A model generated the notes under the pieces. It did no database searches. It was not told the origin of the DNA and saw only the letters and a list, made by a program, of their open reading frames with translations. 64,000 nucleotides of DNA from Patescibacteria group bacterium UBA1406. GTDB taxonomy: Bacteria > Patescibacteriota > Microgenomatia > UBA1406. The DNA is taken from positions 174,653-238,652 of the forward strand of contig DBQA01000007.1 in the NCBI GenBank assembly GCA_002305675.1. Direction: 5' to 3'. Both the position numbers and the translations under genes were made by a program. This document shows, piece by piece, positions 35,400-44,246 of this stretch. The number at the start of each line of letters is the position of its first letter. The stretch's first letter is position 1.

Positions 35400-35427
35400 A
35401 AAATAAATAAATTATAAAAAAGAAAGT

Positions 35428-35446
35428 AAGAGCTTCTGAAGCTCTT
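35428..35446 (-). terminator. hairpin plus T-run downstream of tRNA-Ser(GCU)
   Basis: aagagctt-ctg-aagctctt (an 8-bp stem). On the minus strand it is followed by actttctttttt. Confidence 0.5.
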
Positions 35447-35541
35447 CCCTTAATGGATAATGGGACGGAGAGCTTAAATGATGTTACTCAAGCAGAATCT
35501 ACGATCTTGATTGATATTATAGCATACCCGCTCTTAAGTTG

Positions 35542-35630
35542 CGGAGGAGGTGGGATTCGAACCCACGTGAGCCAAAAAGAGGCTCGCAGGTTTAGCAAAC
35601 CTGTGCAATGGACCACTATGCGACTCCTCC
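35542..35630 (-). tRNA. tRNA-Ser (anticodon GCU)
   Basis: Manual cloverleaf: acceptor GGAGGAG/CTCCTCC, anticodon arm caggt-ttGCTaa-acctg, long variable arm (gagcc...ggctc), T arm gtggg-ttcgaat-cccac. No encoded CCA. Confidence 0.9.
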
Positions 35631-35700
35631 TGTGTAAACAACGTCAATTATACTAAAAAAACGGATGGAATGAGTTCTTCAGCGGGTAAGGAGAAGTAGT

Positions 35701-35728
35701 TTGACAAATATTTTTAATATTGTACAAT
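35701..35728 (+). promoter_or_regulatory. near-consensus sigma70-type promoter
   Basis: TTGACA (35701-35706), a 16-nt spacer, then TACAAT (35723-35728). Confidence 0.55.
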
Positions 35729-35734
35729 CAGGGT

Positions 35735-35795
35735 TAACTAGGGCATTACTATTCGTCGCAACCCCCCGCGAGCGGTAGTAATGCTCTTTTTTATT
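35735..35795 (+). ncRNA. candidate small RNA (a promoter followed directly by a terminator hairpin)
   Basis: The stem gcattacta (35743-35751) / tagtaatgc (35776-35784) is extendable to about 12 bp. The loop has an inner cgc/gcg helix, and the hairpin is followed by tctttttt at 35785-35792. No convincing ORF lies downstream on this strand. Confidence 0.35.
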
Positions 35796-35964
35796 TTAGG
35801 CGATGTATTGCAGAGGCAGCTTTTGCCTCAAACCGATCAACTTCTTCAACTCCGATTCGAAATTCATCACTTTGCCAAGCTCCTTTTTGAGCGAAATCCG
35901 GAGACTGTTTTCCTTTTTCCTGACCATGGAAAAATTGTACCGGCCCTCTCCGTGGTTGTCAAGT

Positions 35965-36030
35965 CCTATAGTTATTTTACCCCATTTTATAGGCAGACCT
36001 ATAGTTATTATTGCCTGATATAGGCTACCA
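35965..36030. repeat. two tandem units, each CCTATAGTTATT plus spacer plus ATAGG
   Basis: cctatagttatt occurs at 35965-35976 and 35998-36009 (33-nt period). Each copy is followed 10-12 nt later by atagg, which is complementary to its first five bases. Confidence 0.6.
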
Positions 36031-36107
36031 CGACAGGTTAAAATAAATTCAATTACTGATGTGGAAAACCCGGGGAAAAGGAAAAAACGCTATAAAAAGG
36101 GTGTCAG

Positions 36108-36833
36108 TCAGAGGGTGAATTCGGCCAGGATGGGGAAATGGTCGGACCTTTTTCTGTCCAGGCGGGTGGTTTCCTTCTTCTTCATCCCCTTGTAAAGGAT
36201 GTAGTCGGTCTTGGCCTTGAACCTGATGAGACCGAGGATGGTGTTCTCGTAGGTATAGTACAGGTTGTCGGTCGCCTCCAGGAACGAGTCACTCTGGAAG
36301 AGCCTCTCCAGGCCCTTTCTATTGTACGGATAGTTGAAATCCCCGACCACGATGGCCGGACGGAGGGAGTTCTTGTCGAGATGGTTGATGGCCGTGGTGA
36401 GCTGGTTGTTCCTGACCCTGTTCGTCCCGGTCAGGGGCGTCAGATGCAGGTTGCACACCTCCACCTCCCGCCCGGTCGACCGGACGATGAAATGATTGTA
36501 GAGGGCGGTGCGCTCCGTCTTGCCAAATCCCATCAGGAAAAGTAGAAATTCGTAGGCTCCGCGCGCCAAACTGACGGCTTCCCCGTTCTTGTGCTCGAGC
36601 CTGTCCGGATTATAGAAAGTGGCGATGGAATAGAATTTGAAGTGCTTGAAGAAGGAGTGCGAGTAGTCGGCCAGAAGATAACCTGCCTCCTCCATTTTGG
36701 CGAACTCCTCGTCGCCCACTTTAAACTCTTGTACCACGACTATGTCCGGCTTGTAGGCCTTCAGGTAATCCAGAAGATCCCGGAAAGCCCGGCCATACAA
36801 CAGATTGTAGGTGAGGAGCGATAGGGTGCCCAT
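36108..36833 (-). CDS. endonuclease/exonuclease/phosphatase (EEP) family protein
   Basis: 241 aa. It has LLTYNLL, DIVVVQEF, VGDFNYP and SDHFPILAEF. Confidence 0.85.
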   Translation of the reverse strand: MGTLSLLTYNLLYGRAFRDLLDYLKAYKPDIVVVQEFKVGDEEFAKMEEAGYLLADYSHSFFKHFKFYSIATFYNPDRLEHKNGEAVSLARGAYEFLLFLMGFGKTERTALYNHFIVRSTGREVEVCNLHLTPLTGTNRVRNNQLTTAINHLDKNSLRPAIVVGDFNYPYNRKGLERLFQSDSFLEATDNLYYTYENTILGLIRFKAKTDYILYKGMKKKETTRLDRKRSDHFPILAEFTL

Positions 36834-36840
36834 CAGGTTA

Positions 36841-38577
36841 TTATACCGAATGGTTGCGCTGGGACCGGAATATCCTGTCCAATTCGGGTAAACTGGTCAC
36901 GTCGGTCGGCCGCTTGTCCGTACGGAACCGCTCCAGCCTGGGGAATCTTAAGGCCAGCCCGGCGGTATGGGCCGGGCTTTTGGTGATTTGGTCGGCCCGG
37001 ATCTCCACCACGATCCCCGGTTCGAGCCAAACGTCCGCAGCCATCAACTTATTAACCTCATAAGCAGCGGGCTTCTCCTTCACCTCGTGGCGGTGGGCGC
37101 TGTCCTTGAGCGAGCGCCACTCCTCGTCCGTGAGGCCGGTGCCTATCTTGGCGATGGTGACGAACCGATCGTTCTTTTCGTCCCTGACCCCGACCAGGAA
37201 TGCGCCCAGGCCAAACTTGGTCCGCTTGCCTTTCCCGTAGTCGTACCCCATCACCAGGCAGTCGAGAGTATCGGTGACCCTGGCGGCATAGCTGTGCTTG
37301 AATTTGATCCAGTTCCAGCCCCGGGCGCCGGCCTCGTACCGGCCGGTGAGCTTTTTGGCCATAATGCCCTCCAGGCCCTCGGACACATATTCGGTGAAAA
37401 GCGCCTCCAGTTCGGCCGGTTCCCTGACCACCCGCTCCGGGGCGACGGTGATGACGCCGTTTGTGCCTTTGATGATCTTCTTGAGAGTTTCCCGCCTCTT
37501 CAGGTACGGTTCGTTGATGAAGGAACGGCCTTCCAGGTACAGGAGGTCGAAGGCGTAAAGCTTCAGGGGGACCTCTCGGCTGACCTCGGCGATGTTGTAC
37601 TTTCTTTTGCGCTGCACCGTCTCCTGGAAGGGCAGGAACTCGCCCGTCCCGGGGTTGTAGCCCACGGCCTCGCCTTCGATGATGAGTTCCCCGGCCCCCG
37701 CTTCAGCCACCAGGGCGGCCACGATGTCCGGGTACATATAGGACACGTCGTCGAGATTGCGGGAGTATATGCGGACCGTCTTGTCGGGCAAAAGATGGAG
37801 TTGCAACCGGAAGCCGTCGAACTTCGGCTCGACGGCCGCTTCCCCGGCGGTCTTCTCCAGGATGTCCCCGGGGACAGCCACCCGTTCGGCTTTGGCCATC
37901 AGGATGGGTACGCCCACCTCCGGCTTCACCCCTTTCAGACCCCCGAGGCCCTTTGCTTTGAGGGTACGACCGATGAACCCGAGGTCCGGCCGGACGTTAT
38001 ATGCCTTCTCTATCTCCGCCCGCAGGCTCTTGTCTCCGGCCGTCATCCAGGAAAAGGCATCAAGGACGGTCATCTCCGAGAACCCCAGCCGCAGGTTTCC
38101 CACCAGGATCCTGACCAGGAAACGGTTGGACAGGGGATCAAGTTCCTGAAGGAGGTCGGCCACCTGATGGAGTTTGGCTTCCTGTGAGCCGCCACCCTCC
38201 AATTTGGCGAGCTGGTAGAGCCGGTTGTACACTTCAATGACAGTCGGTTCCCGGTCGGTTTGGAAAAGGGTCCGCGTCACCCTGCGGTACTCCTCCGCTG
38301 CCAGACCAAGGTCCCCAAGCTCATGGAAACGGCGCCTGGCCTCTTTGCCGTTCAGGGAAAAGGCGGAAACGAAGGCTTTGAAGACGAGCCTTTCCGCGAG
38401 ACCAAAGTCCAGCTTGACATAGAGCGGTACCACCCTGCCCTGCAGCAGGTAGCATACTTTATCGATCTCTTCGGCCGGGGTCTCCCGGAACAGGCCTGCC
38501 AGGACCTCCGTCATTTTCAGGCGGGAATCGGTCTTTTCCAGTAGGGAAAGGGTCTCGGAGAACTGTTTGAAAAGCAT
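36841..38577 (-). CDS. lig: ATP-dependent DNA ligase (Lig1/archaeal type)
   Basis: 578 aa. It has the adenylation motif I (VEPKFDGFRLQ), EGEAV, LYAFDLLYL, GLEGIMAK, and WIKFK followed by an OB-fold tail. Confidence 0.9.
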   Translation of the reverse strand: MLFKQFSETLSLLEKTDSRLKMTEVLAGLFRETPAEEIDKVCYLLQGRVVPLYVKLDFGLAERLVFKAFVSAFSLNGKEARRRFHELGDLGLAAEEYRRVTRTLFQTDREPTVIEVYNRLYQLAKLEGGGSQEAKLHQVADLLQELDPLSNRFLVRILVGNLRLGFSEMTVLDAFSWMTAGDKSLRAEIEKAYNVRPDLGFIGRTLKAKGLGGLKGVKPEVGVPILMAKAERVAVPGDILEKTAGEAAVEPKFDGFRLQLHLLPDKTVRIYSRNLDDVSYMYPDIVAALVAEAGAGELIIEGEAVGYNPGTGEFLPFQETVQRKRKYNIAEVSREVPLKLYAFDLLYLEGRSFINEPYLKRRETLKKIIKGTNGVITVAPERVVREPAELEALFTEYVSEGLEGIMAKKLTGRYEAGARGWNWIKFKHSYAARVTDTLDCLVMGYDYGKGKRTKFGLGAFLVGVRDEKNDRFVTIAKIGTGLTDEEWRSLKDSAHRHEVKEKPAAYEVNKLMAADVWLEPGIVVEIRADQITKSPAHTAGLALRFPRLERFRTDKRPTDVTSLPELDRIFRSQRNHSV

Positions 38578-38593
38578 AGGTTTATTATATCAC

Positions 38594-39901
38594 TTAGCTC
38601 CAGCCCGGGATCTGCAGGATGTCCACTCCCACCACTCTCAAAAACAAAACGGAAAAGACGAGCACGAGAAATCCGACGATACAGGAGGTAATGGCCTCCT
38701 GGCTCTTTTTGAGGACTTCGGCGTTGCCCCTGGCGGTCATGATCTTCAGGCCGTTCGTGACAATGCACAGGAAAATGAGTCCGCCCAGGAGCCCGGATAG
38801 CGTAGTGAACAGGGCTTTGATGATACCGGGCAGGTCGATGGGGACGCAGCCTATGCCCGTCCACACCCCCCGGGGCAGGTCCGCACCCATACCCTCCTGG
38901 CACTTCAGGCATTCGTCCTGGAACTGGTCCGGGACCGTGTCGCATAATGGCACGGTGGCCGGCAGTTCCACCGTGGTCGAAGTGGTTGCCGGCTGGGTCA
39001 CCTCGGTAATGGGGGTAGGAGTGGCCCCGGGCTCCGTCACCGGAATGATAATGGAGCACATGACCGCCCCGTCCTTGGTGGTACCCAGGTCATACTCCCT
39101 CACCTCCACCCGGTGGCTACCAACGTCCAGGTAACCGATATCGACCAAAAAGTTAGGTTGGGTTGTCCAGGATGCTCCGCCGGAAATATTCTTCCTGGCG
39201 CCGTCAAAATAAAAGACGGAGTAGTTGGTGCGGCTGTTGGCGTTTTCCACCACCACCCGGATGTTCGTGTTGTTGTCGGCGTGGGTCAATTCAGTGCCGG
39301 CCGCATCAGTCACCTTGATGTCGCAAGCCGAAACCGGCATGTCCTGGATAGTGAACTTGAAATTGGCAAAGTCATAGACCCGGTTCGGGGTGCCGTCCTT
39401 GTACTTGATGGTCACCTTGACGCCCACTTCGTCCCCCTGGCCGAAGATATCCAGCTTACAGGCTCCGCTCTTCTCCAGGGTGAGCGTCTGGTTCGGGAAG
39501 AACCAGCGCTTCTGGGTGCCGCTGCCGCAGCCGCCGAACGGGTTGAACTCGATGTGGATCTGGTCCAGGTTCGCGTTGTTGGGAATATAGTTCGGGAAGC
39601 CGTCCTTGAAAACGACCAGGGGCTCGTACTGGGTGTTGGAGTCGTAGGTGATCTGCTCGTAGCTGTTACCAACCTTGATGTAGGGGGTAGTGATGGTCCC
39701 GGACCGGGGATGGGTGGTCTTGGTCACATAGATGACGTCCGTACCCATGGTCAGGGTACCACCCACCTGGGAGCCGCCCTTGTAGATGCGCATCTGGACG
39801 CCTTTCAATATATCGGAGGCCTGGGGCGTCTGGGCACGGGCCGCCCTGACAAAGGTGAAGAGCGCAAACACTGCCAGAAGCCCGATGATCAGTTTTCTCA
39901 T
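38594..39901 (-). CDS. secreted protein with C-terminal two-TM pilin-like (TrbC/VirB2-like) module
   Basis: 435 aa with a signal peptide, a large beta-rich domain and a Cys cluster (DECLKCQEG...GIGCV). This is followed by LFTTLSGLLGGLIFLCIVTNGLKIMTARGNAEVLKKSQEAITSCIVGFLVLVFSVLFLRVV. Confidence 0.6.
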   Translation of the reverse strand: MRKLIIGLLAVFALFTFVRAARAQTPQASDILKGVQMRIYKGGSQVGGTLTMGTDVIYVTKTTHPRSGTITTPYIKVGNSYEQITYDSNTQYEPLVVFKDGFPNYIPNNANLDQIHIEFNPFGGCGSGTQKRWFFPNQTLTLEKSGACKLDIFGQGDEVGVKVTIKYKDGTPNRVYDFANFKFTIQDMPVSACDIKVTDAAGTELTHADNNTNIRVVVENANSRTNYSVFYFDGARKNISGGASWTTQPNFLVDIGYLDVGSHRVEVREYDLGTTKDGAVMCSIIIPVTEPGATPTPITEVTQPATTSTTVELPATVPLCDTVPDQFQDECLKCQEGMGADLPRGVWTGIGCVPIDLPGIIKALFTTLSGLLGGLIFLCIVTNGLKIMTARGNAEVLKKSQEAITSCIVGFLVLVFSVLFLRVVGVDILQIPGWS

Positions 39902-40380
39902 TGCAAGTAGGGGATGTTCAAGATGGTCCCGCCGATCATGCGGATGATGAACACCGAGAACAGAACTACTAACAAGCCCAATATCGAGCCATACAGGTAG
40001 CGCTTTCCTTCGCGGATGGCGTCGGGTTCGCCCCGGGCCAGCATGACCTTCAGGCCGCCATAGACCATGCCCAGGAAGGCCAGACCGCCGACCACCGAGG
40101 TGAAGAACCTCAGGAAAAAGTCCGAGAACCCGCCCGCGTCCGTGGCCACGCAGCCAAAGACCGTGAACGCCCGGTCCGGGTTCGGAGGGGCGCCGCCGAG
40201 AGTGGCGCCGGCGTTATTGGTGCCGTAAAGGCAGGTCGCACAGGCGCTCCAGTTGGCCGGCTGGGGTTGCCCTTGGCACAGGCCGCAGAGGTCGCAGGTG
40301 ACCTGGGCTTCGGCCGGTCCGACCGCCAAAATGAAGGTAGCAAACAGGAGAAAGATAACAATGAAAAATCGTCTGGCCAT
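39898..40380 (-). CDS. small secreted Cys-rich protein with the same C-terminal two-TM pilin-like module
   Basis: ORF 39898..40416. I prefer the ATG at 40378-40380 (MARRFFIVIFLLF... signal peptide). It has VTCDLCGLCQG...FGCV, then FFTSVVGGLAFLGMVYGGLKVMLARGEPDAIREGKRYLYGSILGLLVVLFSVFIIRMI, paralogous to the tail of 38594..39901. It overlaps that gene by 4 nt. Confidence 0.6.
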   Translation of the reverse strand: MARRFFIVIFLLFATFILAVGPAEAQVTCDLCGLCQGQPQPANWSACATCLYGTNNAGATLGGAPPNPDRAFTVFGCVATDAGGFSDFFLRFFTSVVGGLAFLGMVYGGLKVMLARGEPDAIREGKRYLYGSILGLLVVLFSVFIIRMIGGTILNIPYLQ

Positions 40381-40449
40381 TGCATTAAGTGTAGGGAATT
40401 TGCCGCCATTAGTCAATTAAGGTAAAATATAGCATTCCCTGCTTTGATA

Positions 40450-40521
40450 GGCGCAATGGCGAAGTGGAAACGCAGCTGTCTGCAAAACAGCTATGCGCGG
40501 GTTCGATTCCCGCTTGCGCCT
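40450..40521 (+). tRNA. tRNA-Cys (anticodon GCA)
   Basis: Acceptor GGCGCAA/TTGCGCC, anticodon arm gctgt-ctGCAaa-acagc, T arm gcggg-ttcgatt-cccgc. Confidence 0.88.
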
Positions 40522-40528
40522 CAAAAAT

Positions 40529-40615
40529 GGAGAGGTGGCAGAGCGGACGATTGCGCACGCCTTGAGAGCGTGTGTCCCCGCAAGGGGACCGTGGGTTCGA
40601 ATCCCACCCTCTCCG
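40529..40615 (+). tRNA. tRNA-Ser (anticodon UGA)
   Basis: Acceptor GGAGAGG/CCTCTCC, anticodon arm cacgc-ctTGAga-gcgtg, long variable arm (tccccgcaagggga), T arm gtggg-ttcgaat-cccac. Confidence 0.9.
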
Positions 40616-40700
40616 CCCAGGCATACCCGAGTCTTACCGCATTTTTACTTCATTCCCAAGCTCTGCTCATCGTTCTGTCACATACTGAAGCCCAAAATCT

Positions 40701-42254
40701 ATGGGGAAAAAACGGTTTGAGATAATTATAGTGGCGTTTACGGCCTTCGTGAGCATCGTATCCATCCTCTACGCGCTGCGGCACAACCTGATCGTCGCCT
40801 ACGGCGATGCCGAATCGCATCTCAACATCGCCAAAAGGGTCATAGCCGGCCTTACCCCGGGTGCCGCCCAACTGGGGGGCATCTGGCTGCCCCTGCCCCA
40901 CATTCTGATGATCCCCTTCGTTGCCTTCGACGGCCTGTGGCAGACCGGGTTGGCCGGTTCCATCGTTTCCGGGATCGCCTATGTGGTCAGCACCCTTTAC
41001 ATTTACAAACTGGTCAATCGGATCAGCCAGAACCGGTTTGCCGGCACGGTGGCGGCCGCCGTCTTTGCCCTCAACCCCAATATCCTTTATATGCAGACCA
41101 CCCCCATGAGCGAACTGCCCCTGATAGCCTTCTTCATCCTGTCCACCTACTATTTTTTCAGGTTCCTGGACAATGCCGAGGACATAGCCGCCCTCATCCT
41201 GGCCGCCGTCTTTGCCCTGGCCGCTTCCCTCAGTCGCTACGATGGGTGGCTGTTGGTGATGGCGGAGGCAGGGGTTATCCTCTTCTACCATTTCTTCCAC
41301 CGCGAGGATTACCGCCACGCCGAAGGCAACTTCATCCTCTTCTCCATCATGGCCTTCTCCGGCATCGCCCTCTGGCTCCTGTGGGGGTTCCTTATCCTCG
41401 GGGACCCCTTCTACTTTACGAACAGCCCTTTCTCTGCCAAGTCGCAGCAGCAGGGCTGGCTTTTGCGGGGAGAGCTCCCCACCTACCGGAACCTGCCTCT
41501 TTCCGCTGCCTACTATGCCTTCACATCGCTCGAGATAGCGGGCTACTGGTTCTCTGCTCTCGCCATCGGAGGGCTGGCCCTTTTTCTCCTGAAGGAAAAA
41601 GGCCCGGGGAAACTCCTGAAACCGGCCATCCTCCTGGTCCCTTTCATTTTTTATGTCGTCACGCTCTACCTTGGCCAGTCGGTCATCTTCATCCCCGGAC
41701 TGACCCCGGACAGTTTCGAGTACAACCTGTTCAACGTCCGCTACGGACTGATGATGGTGCCGGTGGTGGCTTTTTTCACAGGATACCTATTGTCGTATCC
41801 GGGCCTGGCCCTGCGGGGATGGACCCTGGTCCTGATGGGCATCCAGGGGTTCATGTTCCTGGGACAGAACGGGCCTCCCCTGACCCTGAAGGACGGAACC
41901 GACGGCCTGTCCGCGAGCCGCCCCATTGATGCGGAAAGGTTTCTCAAACAAAACTACGACCATGGCCTGGTGCTCATGGATGATTATGCGCGGACCGTCA
42001 GCATCATCCGGACGGGTATTCCCCTGCACAACTACATCTATGTGGGCAACAAGCCCTATTGGGACGAATCCCTCAAACAGCCGGCCAAATATGCCCGCTG
42101 GATAGTCATGCAAAGGAGCGATTCCGTCTGGAAAAACGTCTATGCCAACCCCAGAACGCAGCGGGAACTATATAAGTATTTCAACAAAACATATACTTCC
42201 CGCGACATCCTCGTGTTCAAGAGGAATGACAACATTCGCCTCTCACAGAAATAG
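40701..42254 (+). CDS. GT-C fold membrane glycosyltransferase (GT39/ArnT/PMT-like)
   Basis: 517 aa with more than 10 TM helices. An acidic motif sits in the first loop (YGDAESHLNIAKR) and there is a soluble C-terminal domain. Confidence 0.55.
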   Translation: MGKKRFEIIIVAFTAFVSIVSILYALRHNLIVAYGDAESHLNIAKRVIAGLTPGAAQLGGIWLPLPHILMIPFVAFDGLWQTGLAGSIVSGIAYVVSTLYIYKLVNRISQNRFAGTVAAAVFALNPNILYMQTTPMSELPLIAFFILSTYYFFRFLDNAEDIAALILAAVFALAASLSRYDGWLLVMAEAGVILFYHFFHREDYRHAEGNFILFSIMAFSGIALWLLWGFLILGDPFYFTNSPFSAKSQQQGWLLRGELPTYRNLPLSAAYYAFTSLEIAGYWFSALAIGGLALFLLKEKGPGKLLKPAILLVPFIFYVVTLYLGQSVIFIPGLTPDSFEYNLFNVRYGLMMVPVVAFFTGYLLSYPGLALRGWTLVLMGIQGFMFLGQNGPPLTLKDGTDGLSASRPIDAERFLKQNYDHGLVLMDDYARTVSIIRTGIPLHNYIYVGNKPYWDESLKQPAKYARWIVMQRSDSVWKNVYANPRTQRELYKYFNKTYTSRDILVFKRNDNIRLSQK

Positions 42255-42262
42255 ACTTGCTG

Positions 42263-42679
42263 TCACTCCCCCTTCAGGTAGGCATTGGTGGATACGCAGT
42301 AATTGCCCGATTCCAAATGGTATCCCCAGGTATCCCTGGTCGGGTCGTTGGCATCGTTCCGGGCGTCCACGATCAGGACAAAACTATTTGGGCAGCTGGT
42401 CCCGTCGCCCACATGCAGCCAAACGCTGTGGTAGCCTATCCCGTTCTCATACCACTGCTGGAAATTGCCGCTTGCTCCGGCCGCCATCACGAGGTCCTTG
42501 CCTTCCGCATGGAAAAGCCCCGGGGAGCCCCTCAATCCGATTATGGCGTGACTGCCTTCAGGATGGTATTCCACAATGTTAGGATTCTTGCCCACGGCGT
42601 TGAACGGGGCCGCCTGCGCTGAACCGGCGGTCATTATCAGCATAAGAACAGCCAAAAACAGGGCTGAAATATACTTCAT
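42263..42679 (-). CDS. hypothetical secreted protein
   Basis: 138 aa with a signal peptide (MKYISALFLAVLMLIMTAGSAQA). Confidence 0.6.
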   Translation of the reverse strand: MKYISALFLAVLMLIMTAGSAQAAPFNAVGKNPNIVEYHPEGSHAIIGLRGSPGLFHAEGKDLVMAAGASGNFQQWYENGIGYHSVWLHVGDGTSCPNSFVLIVDARNDANDPTRDTWGYHLESGNYCVSTNAYLKGE

Positions 42680-42764
42680 TCAGTCATCATCTCCTTAATC
42701 CAGGCAATATAACCTGCCCGGGTAAGATGCCGGTTGCTTGAAGGTAAGAAAAACGTAAATGCCC

Positions 42765-42794
42765 TTGACAGTGCGTTTCAAAAAAATATACAAT
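42765..42794 (+). promoter_or_regulatory. sigma70-type promoter upstream of 42853
   Basis: TTGACA (42765-42770), an 18-nt spacer, then TACAAT (42789-42794). Confidence 0.5.
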
Positions 42795-42852
42795 CCCTTA
42801 CTTTATTCTTACCCTAATCTCACCATAGATTTACACTCGTTATCCTGACAAG

Positions 42853-44031
42853 ATGATTAAAAATTTAAGACAAGCTAAGCTGAAGCGGCTGACCGCCCTC
42901 GGGACGATAGCTATCCTTATTCTCCTGGTAGTGGCCGCGCCTCTGTTGACCCAGGCCAAAAACCCGGGGAACACCAGGTCCGAGATCAAGGGGAACCCGA
43001 AGGCCTCACCCACCCTGACCATAACCCCCACCATCACGCCGACACCGTCCCCCTCACCCACCGCTGCCCCGGCTGCGAGCCCCTTGCCCACTCCCACCCC
43101 GCTCACCGGAACGGCCGGAACCTACCGCTGGGCCATCCAGAGCGTTTCCAGCATGAAGGAAAGCAAGGACAAGGTCTGCGGCCAACCGAGCCAAGCCTAC
43201 ATCGACAAATGGGTCGGGAAAGCGGTCGAGCTTGGCGCCAACTACATCGCTGTGGAAACCCCTTACGACAATCCTGCCTGTGCGAGCGCCGTGGAATACA
43301 CCAGAGTGTGGGTGGATGCCATCCGCCGTCAGGGCCTGAAGGTCTGGCACCGGCATATGCCTTTGGCCTTTGAGGGCATCTACAGTACGCCGAAAAACAA
43401 TGCCAGCGATTACCTGGGGATGATCGGCGATTACATCAGGACCAACCCAGGCCTCTTTGCCGAGGGCGATATTTTCACCCCCATTCCCGAACCGCAGAAC
43501 GGCGGTATCCAAAATATCACTTACTGCGCCGAAAACGTCTGCCAGTTCGAGAATGCCGCGGACTTCAACCAGTGGCTGCGGGACGCCATGGATACGGCGG
43601 AGAGTTCTTTGGGGGCCATCGGCCTCGGCGGCAAGCTGAAGGTCGGCTATTACGGCTTTGACGGCTTCGTGGCCTGGGGCCACAATAACCCCGACTGGAA
43701 CGGTATCCTGGAAGACGCTACCGTCCAGAAAATGGGCAACCTGACCATTGACCATTACCCCGAACTTATTGGCGACACCATGGAGAACGGCCTGAGAGAA
43801 CTCCAGAAAAAATATCCCAACACTCCAATCGTCATCGGTGAATGGGGCAGCGTCGGCAGTACAGACCCCGAGGCCCAGGTCAGGGACAGTATGGGTGCAG
43901 CCGCCAATAACTCCAGGGTGATCGGTTTCAATTACTGGCACATGGGCTACGGCGGGAACGAAGCTTTGATCGAGAGCGATTTTCTAAACAGAATACAGTT
44001 TGATGAAGTCCAGTCCTTTTTCAAGCTGTAA
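42853..44031 (+). CDS. secreted TIM-barrel glycoside-hydrolase-like protein (GH5-like)
   Basis: 392 aa with a signal/anchor and a Pro/Thr linker. IPEPQNGG (candidate acid/base Glu) and PIVIGEWGS (candidate nucleophile Glu) sit in the expected order. Confidence 0.45.
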   Translation: MIKNLRQAKLKRLTALGTIAILILLVVAAPLLTQAKNPGNTRSEIKGNPKASPTLTITPTITPTPSPSPTAAPAASPLPTPTPLTGTAGTYRWAIQSVSSMKESKDKVCGQPSQAYIDKWVGKAVELGANYIAVETPYDNPACASAVEYTRVWVDAIRRQGLKVWHRHMPLAFEGIYSTPKNNASDYLGMIGDYIRTNPGLFAEGDIFTPIPEPQNGGIQNITYCAENVCQFENAADFNQWLRDAMDTAESSLGAIGLGGKLKVGYYGFDGFVAWGHNNPDWNGILEDATVQKMGNLTIDHYPELIGDTMENGLRELQKKYPNTPIVIGEWGSVGSTDPEAQVRDSMGAAANNSRVIGFNYWHMGYGGNEALIESDFLNRIQFDEVQSFFKL

Positions 44032-44145
44032 TCCAAACTCATCTAAGGAGAGTGACGTTTGCGTAGTAAGTACTCAAGGGAACCCCCCTCACCACGAGAC
44101 GAGGGGGGTTTTTATGATATAATTTATTACCTTAGAAAAGCCATT

Positions 44146-44228
44146 CCAGGGGTACTCAAGTGGCCAACGAGGTCGGTCTGTAAAACCGATGGCTTTTGCC
44201 TACGGAGGTTCGAATCCTCCCCCCTGGA
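44146..44228 (+). tRNA. tRNA-Tyr (anticodon GUA)
   Basis: Acceptor CCAGGGG/CCCCTGG, anticodon arm tcggt-ctGTAaa-accga, long variable arm, T arm ggagg-ttcgaat-cctcc. A tatgatataat -10-like box lies about 25 nt upstream. Confidence 0.88.
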
Positions 44229-44246
44229 CACTAATTTTGAGACCAC

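Noticed and set aside
35796-35867. 23-codon minus-strand micro-ORF (MNFESELKKLIGLRQKLPLQYIA) ending at the sRNA hairpin
   Set aside because: It has only a weak GGAG 12 nt upstream, it is very short, and nothing supports it. It is probably a chance ORF.
35781-36023. 80-aa and 71-aa plus-strand ORFs downstream of the sRNA candidate
   Set aside because: They start inside the terminator U-run, have no RBS, and overlap the tandem CCTATAGTTATT units. There is no motif support.
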